Assembly: GCF_020745735.1 (NCBI RefSeq)
Contig: NC_083405.1
Location: 13,160,913-13,224,912, forward strand
Length of the DNA stretch: 64,000 nt
Direction: 5' to 3'
DNA from: Hemiscyllium ocellatum
Taxonomy: Eukaryota
The position numbers and the translations under genes were made by a program. Numbering within the stretch: the stretch's first letter is position 1; each line of letters starts with the position of its first letter. Below are positions 14,134-24,885 of the stretch, piece by piece. The notes beneath the pieces were generated by a model. It was given only the letters and a program-made list of their open reading frames with translations, had not been told where the DNA came from and did no database searches.

Positions 14134-15567
14134 TCAGGAAGAGGATTGCAAGTTAGGAGGGCGGTGCTGAGTTGAGGGAACCGACTGAGACAAGGTGGGG
14201 GGAGGGGAAATGAGGAAGCTGGAGAAATCTGAATTCATACCTTGTGGTTGGAGGGTTCCCAGGCGGAAGATGAGGCGCTCCTCCTCCAGCCGTCGTGTAG
14301 TTGTGTTCTGCCGGTGGAGGAGTCCAAGGACCTGCATGTCCTCGGTGGAGTGGGAGGGGGAGTTAAAGTGTTGAGCCACGGGGTGATTGGGTTGGTTGGT
14401 TCTGGCGGCCCAGAGGTGTTCTCTGAAGCGTTCCGCAAGTAAGCGGCCTGTCTCACCAATATAGAGGAGGCCACATCAGGTGCAGCGGATGCAATAGATG
14501 ATGTGTGTGGAGGTACAGGTGAACTTGTGGCGGATATGGAAGGATCCCTTGGGGCCTTGGAGGGAAGCGAGTGTGGAGGTGTGGGCGCAAGTTTTACATT
14601 TCCTGCGGTTGCAGGGGAAGGTGCCGGGGGTGGAGGTTGGGTTGGTGGGGGGTGTGGATCTGACGAGGGAGTCACGAAGGGAGTGGTCCTTGCGGAACGC
14701 TGATAGGGGAGGGGAGGGAAATATATCCTTGGTGATGGGGTCCGTTTGGAGGTGGCGGAAATGGCGGCGGATAATACGTTGTATGCGCAGGTTGGTGGGG
14801 TGGTAGGTGAGAACCAGTGGGGTTCTGTCTTGGTGGCGGTTGGAGGAGCGGGGCTCAAGGGCGGAGGAGCGGGAAGTGGAGGAGATGCGGTGGAGGGCAT
14901 CGTCGATCACGTCTGGGGGGAATCTGCGGTCCTTGAAGAAGGAGGCCATCTGGGCTGTGCGGTGTTGGAATTGGTCCTCCTGGGAGCAGATGCGGCGGAG
15001 ACGAAGGAATTGGGAATATGGGATGGCGTTTTTACAGGGGGCAGGGTGGGAGGAGGTGTAGTCCAGGTAGCTGTGGGAGTCAGTCGGTTTATAATAGATG
15101 TCTGTGTTGAGTCGGTCGCCCGAGATAGAAATGGAAAGGTCTAGGAAGGGGAGGGAGGAGTCTGAGACAGTCCAGGTGAATTTGAGGTCGGGATGGAAGG
15201 TGTTAGTAAAGTTGATGAACTGTTCAACCTCCTCGTGGGAGCACGAGGCAGCGCCGATACAGTCATCGATGTAGCGGAGGAAAAGGTGGGGGGTGGTGCC
15301 AGTGTAGTTGCGGAAGATGGACTGTTCCACATATCCTACGAAGAGGCAGGCATAGCTGGGGCCCATGCGGGCGCCCATGGCAACTCCTTTAGTTTGGAGG
15401 AAGTGGGAGGATTGAAAAGAGAAGTTATTCAGGGTGAGGACCAGTTCAGTCAGTCGAAGGAGGGTGTCAGTGGAAGGGTACTGGTTGGTGCGGCGGGAAA
15501 GGAAGAAGCGGAGGGCTTTGAGTCCTTCGTGATGGGGGATGGAGGTGTACAGGGACTGGATGTCCAT
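14134..15567 (-). pseudogene. Penelope pol (RT + GIY-YIG) fragment, interrupted by in-frame TGA at 14476-14478
   Basis: ORF 14476-15567 ends IIYCIRCT*; the same frame continues CGLLYIGETGR...GTLQPQGMN to 14134. The N-terminus of RT is missing. Confidence 0.9.
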
Positions 15568-18542
15568 AGTGAAAATAAGGCGTTGTGGACCGGGGAAGCG
15601 AAAATTCCATAGTGAAAATAAGGCGTTGTGGACCGGGGAAGCGAAAATCCATAGTGTTTGCAGCAGTTGTTTATGTACAGAATTACTGATACCCCAGAGT
15701 GAGTTACAGCCTGGAATCTAATCACGGGATTTGGTGTTGTTTATATACAGACTAACAGATACCCCAGAGTGAGTTACAGCCTGGAATCTAATCACGGGGT
15801 TAGGCGTTGTTTATATACAGAATAACAGATACCCCAGAGTGAGTTACAGCCTGGAATCTAATCACGGGGTTCGATGTTGTTTACATACAGAATAACAGAT
15901 ATCCCAGAGTGAGTTTCAGCCTGGAATCTAATCAGGGTGTTTGGCGTTATTTACATACAGAATAACAGATACCCCAGAGTGAGTTTCAGCCTGGAATCTA
16001 ATCACAGGGTACAGCTTTGTTTATATACAGAATAACAGATACCCCAGAGTGAATTGCAGCCTGGAATCTAATCACGGGGTTCGGCGTTGTTTATGTACAG
16101 AATAACAGGTAACCCAGAGTGAGTTACAGACTTAAACCTAATCACGGGGTTCGGCGTTGTTTATATACCGAATAACAGATACCCCAGAGTGAGTTACAGC
16201 CTTGATTCTAATCACGGGATTTGGTGTTGTTGATATACAGAATAACAGATACCCCAGAGTGAGTTACAGCCTGGAATCTAATCACGGGGTTCGGCGTTGT
16301 TTATGTACAGAATTACAGATACCCCAGAGTGAGTTACAGCCTTAAACCTAATCACGGGGTTCGGCGTTGTTTATATACAGAATAACAGATTCCCCAGAAT
16401 GAGTTACAGCCTGGAATATAATCACGGGGTTCGGCATTGTTTATATGCTGAATAACAGATACCCCAGAGTGAGTTACAGCCTGGAATCCAATCACGGGGT
16501 TCGGCGTTGTTTATATACAGAATAACAGGTACCCCAGAGTGAGTTACAGCCTTAAACCTAATCACGGGGTTCAGCGTTGTTTATATACAGAATAACAGAT
16601 ACCCCAGAGTGAGTTACAGCCTTGAATCTAATCACGGGATTTGGTGTTGTTTATATACAGAATAACAGATACCCCAGAGTGAGTTACAGCCTGGAATCTA
16701 ATCACGGGGTTCGGCGTTTTTTATATACTGAATTACAGATACCGCAGAGTAAATTACAGCCTGGAATCTAATCACGGGGTTCGGCGTTGTTTATATACAG
16801 AATAACAGATACCCCAGAGTGAGTTACAGACTGGAATCTAATCACGGGATTTGGTGTTGTTTATATACAGAATAACAGATACCCCAGAGTGAGTTACAGT
16901 CTGGAATCTAATCACGGGGTTCGGCGTTTTTTATATACTGAATTACAGATACCGCAGAGTGAATTACAGCCTGGAATCTAATCAAGGGGTTCGCCGTTGT
17001 TTATATACAGAATAACAGATACCCGAGAGTGAGGTACAGCCTGGAATCTAATCACGGGGTTCGACGTTGTTTATATACAGAATAACAGATACCCCAGAGT
17101 GAGTTACAGTCTGGAATCTAATCAGGGTGTTCAGCGTTGTTTATATACAAAATAACAGATACCCCAGAGTGAGTTACAGCCTGGAATCTAATCACGGCGT
17201 TCGGCGTTGTTTATATGTTGAATAACAGATACCCCAGAGTGAGTTACAGCCTGGAATCTAATCACGGGGTTCGGCGTTGTCTATATACTGAATAACAAAT
17301 AGACCAGAATGGGTTACAGTCTGGAATCTAATCACGGGGTTCGGCGTTGTTTATATGCTGAATAACAGGTAGACCGGAATGGGTTACAGTCTGGAATCTG
17401 TTCGCAGTGTTCAGGTTTTTTTTTACACAATAACAGATAGCCCAGAGTGAGTTAAGGTCTGGAATCCAACTGAGGGGTCAAGGGTGGTTAATACACAGAA
17501 TAACAGATGCCCCGTAGTGAATTACAGCCTGGGTTCAGGGTGGTTTTTACAGAAAAACAGATAGTCTGGAGTGAGTTAATGTCTGGAATCTTATCAAGGG
17601 GTTCAGGGTGTTTTATATACAGAATACCAGAAACCCCGGAGTGAGGTACAGCCTGGAATCTAATCGAGGGGTTCAGGGTGGTTAATATACACATTAGTAG
17701 ATACCCCGGAGTGAGTTACAGCCTCGAATCTAGTCAATGGTTCACAATTTGAACCCACAGAAGGTCAGTGTGGGATTTGAGAAATCCTTCAATTTGGGAT
17801 GAGGCCTAGCCAGGCAGGATTCTGACCCAATGCTGCAAATCTACAATTCAGTGGCTGAGCTCTTTCAGGTTTTGTATATTATGTTTCTCTCATATATGAG
17901 GAGTTTGGAAAGTAAGGCAGACATTTCTGGAATGTCACATTGTCTCTCCGCATTCACTAAACAGATTCTGGGATTTGCATTTCAATCACCTTCAAAGAGC
18001 TGTCTCCATTTCCTATCTCTGCTAGCATCAATGAATGGAAGTGACTTTTGACACATTGCTCCCTCTCCCTTGCTGCAAGTATTCCTGACACAAAACAGTC
18101 AGGCAGACATCTTAGATTTTATATCAGCACAGCGATGACATTGAGTTTATAAAGAAGGAAAAGCAAGAGAGACTGGCAACATCAATACAGATTGAAAATA
18201 TTAACATTGAACACACCCACACACCGAATCACACTCGAACAGACATACACAGTCAAACAGAACACTCACACCCAGAGATACAGACACCATCCAGGGGTTG
18301 TTCTCCATTTCCTATCTTGCAAGGGAATTCATGTTTTGATGGGGCATTCATGCAGGACAGTAAACAGCTTTTGAGACTTGCCCCATTGTGACAGAAACTC
18401 AGCCCCAGTCTGAAAGTTGGAGATATGTAACACAACAGAAATGTACCAGCAGCTTTCTGTGTTCCTGCTCCCAATGTAACATTTGACACTTTAGTTTATC
18501 TTGTCTTCAGTCTAACATCCAACAAGGATCCCTTCACAGATC

Positions 18543-19280
18543 CAATAACAGATACCCAGGAGTGAGTTCCAGAATAACAGATGCCCCGGAGTGAGTTACA
18601 TCCTGGAATCTAATCGAGGAGTTCAGGGTGGTATATATACAGAATAACAGATACCCAGGAATGAGTTCCAGAATAACAGATGCCCCGGAATCTAATCGAG
18701 GGGTTCATGGTGGTATATATACGAAATAACAGATACCCAGGAATGAGTTACAGATTGGAATGCAATCGAGCAGGTCAGGGTTGTTTCTGTACAGAATAAC
18801 AGATACCCAGAGAGAGTTACAGATTGGAATCGAATCATCGGGTTCTGCGTGGTTTATATACAAAAATCAGATACCCAGGAGCGAGGCACAGAATGGAATC
18901 TAATCGAGGAATTTAGGTTTTATACACAGCATGTCAGACACCCAGGAATGAGGAAAAGACCGCACTCTAATCGAGGGTTTCGGGGTGGTTTATATACAGC
19001 ATAACACATACCCAGGAGTGAGTTACAGTATGGAATGCAATTGAGTGGTTTAGGGTTAATATACTGAGTAGCAGATACCCAGTTGTGAGGGACAGACTGA
19101 AATCTAATCGAGGGGTTTAGGGTTTATATTCAGCATATCAGAGACCCAGGAGTGAGGGACAGACTGAAATCTAATCAAGGCATTCGGGGTGGTTTATATA
19201 CAGCATACCAGATACCCAGGAGTGAGTTTCAGATTGGAATCTAACCGAGGGATTTGGGGAGGTTTATATTCAGAGTAACT
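18543..19280. repeat. 70-bp minisatellite block B, unit 3 (longer, more degenerate)
   Basis: Same motif family as the other B blocks. Confidence 0.85.
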
Positions 19281-19302
19281 GGGAGAGAGTCACAAAATCT
19301 CG

Positions 19303-20110
19303 GAGTCGTACAGTCACAGAGATGTACAGCATGGAAACAGACCCTTTGGTCCAACCCGTCCATGCCGACCAGATATCCTAAGCAATGTTTTTGACAGCAC
19401 TTGGCCCATATCCCTCCAAACCTTCCCATTCACAAAACCATCGAGCTGCATTTTAAATGTTGCAATTGTACTCGCCTCCACCAGTTCCTCTGACCGTTCA
19501 TTCCATTCATGTACCACCCTCTGAGTGAACAAGTTGCCCCTTAGGTCTCTTTCACATCTTTCCCCTCTCACACTAAACCTATGCCTTCTAGTTCAGGACT
19601 CCACCACCCCAAGGAAAAGACTTTGTCTATTTATCCTATCCATGTCCCTCATGATTTTATGAACCTCTGTAAGGTCACCCCTCAGCCTCTGATACTCCAG
19701 GGAAATCTGCCCCAACCTATTCAGCCTCTCCCTGTAGCTCAAATCCTCCAACCCTGGCAACATCCTTGTTAATCTGAACCTGTTCAAGTTTCACAACATC
19801 CTCCCGATAGGAGGGAGACCAGAATTGCACACAAAATTCCAACATTGGCCTAACCCATGTCCAGTCCATCCGCAACATGACCTTTCAATTCCTATACTCA
19901 AAACTCTGACCAATAAAGAAAAGCATACCAAACGCTGCATTCATTATCTTATCCACCTGTCACTCTACTTTCAAGGAACTATGAAGCTGCACTTCAAAGT
20001 CTCTTTGTTCCGCACCTCTACCTCAGACCTGACCATTAATTGTATCAGTTCTGCTCAAATTTGCTTTCCCAAAATGCAGCACCTCGTGTTTATCTAAATT
20101 AAACTCCATC
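19303..20110 (-). mobile_element. CR1/HER1-type LINE 3' fragment, unit 4 copy (least decayed)
   Basis: Retains LTRMLPGLEDLSYRERLNRLG (ORF 19593-19787), a segment partly deleted in units 1-3. Confidence 0.85.
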
Positions 20111-21332
20111 AAGTGGAATAGAATTGAAGGTTTTGGGGTGTTTTTGAAACATGTGAATCACACATGCATGGAAGTGAGTGACACATTGGAATCTAATTGA
20201 GAGGTTTCCAGGTGATTCATATATTCCCGACACTGGGGAACCAAGCCCTTCAGCCCAATAAGACTGACTCTCAGAAGAATAACCCATCCAGACCCATTTC
20301 CCCATCTGAATAACGCACCTCACCTAGACATCCCTGAGCACTGTGGACAATCTTAACAGGGAAAGGATAGAACAACAGATACCCAGCTGTGTGATACAGA
20401 CTGGAACCTAATCAAAGGATTGGGGTTGCTAATGTACAGAGTCCCTTAAAAATACAAGTCAGTTACAGATTGGAATTTTACCAAGGGGATTCGGGATGAT
20501 TATGTGGAGAATAAGAGATACCCAGGAGTGGGCTGCAGTCAAATTGAGGGGATTGGGTGATTTACAGACAGACCAACGGGATACGAGAGGTGGGAAAGCA
20601 GAGGAGAAAGTGTCCACCATGGACCAACTCAACAATGAGCTGAGCCAGACAGGATTCAACTGCTGTATATGGAGGTTTCGATGTGTCCTGAAAGATGGGA
20701 GAGAAACAGGCAGACACTCACACTTTCTATGATGTTGCAGTCAAATGTCTGAAGGACAGGGAATCTCTCAGCAGAGAGGCAGGGTTATACTCAGTTAAAA
20801 CTCTCTCCATCTCACACACACCTCACACACATAGAAACTGAATATAATGTGGGGAAATGTCCATGTGCAGCACAGATTTCCAAACTAACTCAGTGACAGA
20901 CGAAAATCCCCGTTCTCTGCCCAGTCCCCACTTCCGGACCCAGGGAGGTTTTGTCCCTGACCCAGGGCAGGTTTCTGACTGGATATTATTACATTGCAAC
21001 ATGAAGTTACTGAGTGTAACTGTTTGCTACATCCCATCATACTTTGCTGTCAGTGTTTTGTGAATAATATTGAAAACATTGGCAGGTGCAAAAGAATATT
21101 CTGGAACATGATTTGCAGTAAGAATAGAAAAAGCTGAATGTTTCTGTGAAAAATGATGAGAAATTCTGAAACAATATTGTTGATAGGCTACGGCTGATCA
21201 TGTACAAAAACATCAGAAAGTTAACATGATGGTCATGCCAGCAGATAGGAGGACCAGTGATACATTGATCATTATTGAGATTAGATTGTGCTGGGAATAT
21301 GAGCGTAACATGACAGCAAGTGGAATCAAATC

Positions 21333-22098
21333 AATGGGTTCAGGGTGGTTTATGTACAGAATAACAGTTAGCCCAGAGTGAGTTAAGATCTGGAATCCAA
21401 TCAAGGGGTTCAGGGTGCTTTATATATAGAATAACAGATACCCTGGAGTGAGATACAGCTTGGAATCTAATCACGGGGTTCGGCGTTGTTGATATACAGA
21501 ATCACAGATGCCCCAGAGTGAGTTACAGCCTGGAATCTAATCACCGGGTTTGGCGTTGTTTACATCCTGAATTACAAATACCCCTGAGGGAGTTACAGTC
21601 TGGAATCTAATCGCGAAATTTGGCGTTGTTTATATACTGAATTACAGATACCCCAGAGTGAGTTAAATCCTGGAATCTAATCGCGGGATTCAGCGTTGTT
21701 TATGTACAGAATAACAGATACCCCAGAGTGAGTTACAGCCTGGAATCTAATCACGGGGTTCGGCGTTTTTTATATATAGAATAACAGATACTCCAGAGTG
21801 AGTTACAGACTGGAATCTAATCACGGGGTTCGGCGTTTTTTTTATATACTGAATAACAGCTACTCCAGAATGAGTTACAACCTGGAATCTAATCACGGGA
21901 TTCGACGTTGTTTATATACTGGATTACAGATACCCCAGAGTGACTTATAGCCTGGAATCTAATATACAGAGTAACAGATAAGCCAGAGTGTGTTACAGAC
22001 TGAAATCTAATCAAGGGCTTCAAGGTGGTTTATATATGGAATAACAGATGCCCCGGAGCGAATTACATACTGGAATCTGTTCGCAGGGTTCAGGGTGG
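21333..22098. repeat. 70-bp minisatellite block A, unit 4 (~11 monomers); end of the array
   Basis: 70-bp periodicity, then an abrupt transition to unique sequence at ~22100. Confidence 0.9.
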
Positions 22099-23065
22099 TG
22101 TACTCTGGCCAGTTTGCTGGATTGTATTGACCACTGAAGTGGATGAACCTGCACAGATTGCTGGTTTGTCCTGAGCAGTCCACTGGCCTGGTCTGCACAG
22201 TTTTCCACGGTGAACAGATATCTCCTCTGGCAGAATGGGGTCTGGGCGGGTTCTGTGAGATGAATTGAGAACGTGGTGTATCTAACCATTTCAGCTGATC
22301 TGGCGATGCCTTTAGTTCCCATTCCTGTGATTGAACCCTCCGTCTCTCACCCCATTCACGTTGAAGTGTGCCCATGCACAGTACATCATGTTGGTGGGGT
22401 GGGTAGGGGGGAACGGTGATGGACAGGTCAAGGAGTTCATCGAAACGCTCTGTTCCAAACATTCTTTAACTCACATTCCTCGGAACGTTCTGTCCCTGAC
22501 ATTGTTTGTTTGTGAACGGCCGGACGTCAGTGAATTGAACAAACGATAATATCCCGAGGGAAGAGATCCCGTTCCAGGGAGAAGGAGACACTGTTCCGAA
22601 GGCCCCTCAGGCAGTTAAAGGGGTGAATACGTTTTCCCTGAATTTACATTTCTTCACGACACAGGATCGACCACAATTTAGACCAAAACAGAAATTCCCA
22701 ATCTCCGTTTGTCTTCAGGAAACTGGGAGAGAATCCTTCAGGACAGCAACGTTTCCACCCTCTGTATTAGGAACTGGGAAGGAGTGACCTGTGTCTGCTC
22801 GCGAGTGATCGAGTGTGTGGGAATGTTCTAGAAACCATCTGTCCTTATGGATGTGTTTCTGTGTGTTTGCCGAGGGAGGGTTTCTTGTGGTTTATGTCAC
22901 ATTTTTGTCAGTAATTCCGACCTTCCCATTTGTTATTCCAGCTCCAATTATTTTAATAAATCCCTGAATACAGGGACACATTTGAAAATCTCACTGGGTC
23001 CCTGATCAAGCGGGTCCCTTTACCTCCAGGCTGATGGATAATGGGTTTGTTTTCCTTCCTCACAG

Positions 23066-23954
23066 TTAACGTAGTGACCATCTACGTCCTGCTTTATAAA
23101 GATTGTGGATTGTCTCCATGTGTCATACGTTACCTGGGGGCCATGGCAGCGGCGGATCGCCTGGTCATTATCCTCGACCTGATCCTGCGAAGCATTCCCA
23201 TTGTTTATGATAAACAGTTTTATTTCCTGAAGGACTCTGTTCCCTTGTGTAATATCCACACCATCCTGCTTTATGCAGCCACTCACTGCTCTGTCTGGTT
23301 CACCGTCACTTTCACCTTTGATCGGTTTGTGGCCATTTGTTGCCAGAAGCTGAAAAGTAAATATTGCAGTGAGAAAACGGCGGCTGTGGTTATGGGAGCA
23401 GTGACTCTGCTGAGCTGTTTAAAGAACATTTCCTGGTATTTTATGTTCACGGCTCGGTATCGGCTGCGGAACACCCCCTGGTTTTGTGATGTAACAGACA
23501 CTGTTCTATTATCCAGTGTCTGGGTCACAATCGAGTTCCTCCACCACATTCTAACCCCGTGTGTCCCATTTCTCCTGCTCAATGTTCTCACCGTCAGACA
23601 CATTTTAGTGACCAGCAGAGCCCGCAGGAGACTCCGCGCTCACACCAATGGGGACGCTCAGTCTGACACAGAAATGAGAAACCGAAAAAAATCCATCTGT
23701 TTGTGATCTTGGCCAATTTCATCCTGTTATGGTCAACGTTAATGCTGTATTCTATATGGAGACGGATGTGGGATATTGGGTATCGGTCTGTGTATTTCGA
23801 TTGGTTTGTGCAGGAATTGGGCTTCATGCTGCAGCTCCTCAGTTGCTGCACAAACACCGCGATTTATGCCGTGGCCCAGACTAAGTTCAGGCAGCAGCTG
23901 AAGAATGTGCTGAAGTATCCCTTCACCCAAATCCATCCATCCAGTGAGATGTGA
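23066..23954 (+). pseudogene. Class A GPCR of the shark-expanded GPR139/GPR142-like family: main coding exon with a frameshift at ~23696; first exon not found
   Basis: Acceptor TTTTCCTTCCTCACAG at 23050-23065. Translation VNVVTI..DCGLS..YL.AMAAAD, SVWFTVTFTFDRFVAICC, KYC, TM5 PF, TM7 SCCTNTAIY. ORFs 23041-23706 and 23703-23954 are in different frames. Confidence 0.88.
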
Positions 23955-24885
23955 CAGTGGGGGCGTGTGCAGGGGAGTGAACGGGACAATGGGAGTGTGT
24001 GGGAGAGTGAGCGTGATGGTGGGGGAGTGCACGGGGTCTGAGAATCAGGGTGGGGCTGTGCGTGGGGAGTGAGCAATACAGTGGGGGAGAGGGTTTTTGA
24101 GTTTGTCTCATGGTGAAACTTTGTGCAGGATGAGTTGCATGACAGCGGGGCATTGCGTGGTGGCGTGAGTGTGATGGTGGGCAAATGTGCAGGAGAGTGA
24201 ATGTGACGGTAGGGGAGTGCGGGAAGAATGGTGGAGTGTGTGGGGTAAGAGTGACGGTGAGGGTGGTGTGGGGCAGTGTGTGTGGTGGTGGTGGAGTGTG
24301 TTGGGGTGAGAGTGATGGTGGGGGTGGTGTGGGACAGTGTGTGTGATGGTGGTGGAGGGTGTGGGGATGAGTGTGACGGTGAGGGTGGTGTGGGGCAGTG
24401 TGTGCGATGGTCGTGGGGTGTGTGAGGGTGAGCGTGAGGTAGGGGGTAGTGTGGAGCAGTGTGTGTGAGGGTGGTGGAGTATGTGAGGATGAGTGTAATG
24501 ATGAGCGTGGTGTGGGGCAGTGTCTGTGATGGTGGTGGAATGTGTGGGGGTGAGTGTGATGGTGGGGGTGATGTGGGGCAGTGTGTGATGGTGGTGGAGT
24601 GTGTGTGGTTGAGCGTGATGGTGGGGATGATGTGGCGCAGTGTCTGTGAGTGTGGTAGAGTGTGTGGGTTAAGCGTAATGGTGGAGGTGATGTGGGGCAG
24701 TGTGTGAGAGGGTGGTGGCATGTGTGGGGTTGAGCGTGACGATGGTATGGTGTGGGACAATGTGTGTGATGTTAGTGAAGTGTGTGGGGGTGAACGTGAT
24801 GGTGGGGGTGGTTTGGGGCAGTGTGTGTGTTGGTGGTGGAGGGTGTGGGGGTGAGCGTGACTTGGGCGTGGTGTGGGGCAGTTTT
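23955..24885. repeat. G/T-rich degenerate ~61-bp tandem repeat
   Basis: GG(G/A)CAGTGTG recurs at ~24271, 24332 and 24393. The plus strand is almost only G and T in long tracts. Confidence 0.85.

Larger units (their letters stand above)
13857..15665 (-). mobile_element. 5'-truncated Penelope-like retroelement with 15-bp TSD (GTTGTTTATGTACAG at 13842-13856 and 15666-15680)
   Basis: RT motifs (MDIQSLYT, GVAMG, YIDD, FLDL) plus a GIY-YIG endonuclease and a 3' pLTR-type region. The TSD is confirmed by the empty-site paralogue at 12442-12466. Confidence 0.93.
11798..17740. repeat. 70-bp minisatellite block A, unit 3 (~58 monomers), interrupted by Penelope at 13857-15665
   Basis: Direct 70-bp periodicity on both sides of the insertion. 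Confidence 0.95.
1..22098. repeat. Tandem segmental array (macrosatellite-like) of a composite unit; periods start at 1, 4389, 9871 and 19416 (last one partial)
   Basis: The marker CCAAACCTTCCCATTCAC recurs at 1, 4389, 9871 and 19416. Near-identical ORF translations recur in each unit (e.g. 166/4554/10036/19581; 1140/5509/11012; 2902/8453/17830). The array probably extends upstream of the window. Confidence 0.95.

Noticed and set aside
14235-15612. Multiple overlapping ORFs (221, 139, 132, 102 aa) in and opposite Penelope, and likewise at 26182-27613
   Set aside because: These are alternative-frame and antisense shadows of the C-rich pol sequence.
6295-17740. CRISPR-like appearance of regularly spaced repeats
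   Set aside because: Monomers are contiguous 70-bp repeats with no unique spacers, there are no cas genes, and the DNA is vertebrate.
23955-24885. G-rich repeat as an Ig switch region
   Set aside because: It lies ~15 kb beyond the TM exon, is C-rich on the IgM sense strand and has no AGCT arrays.
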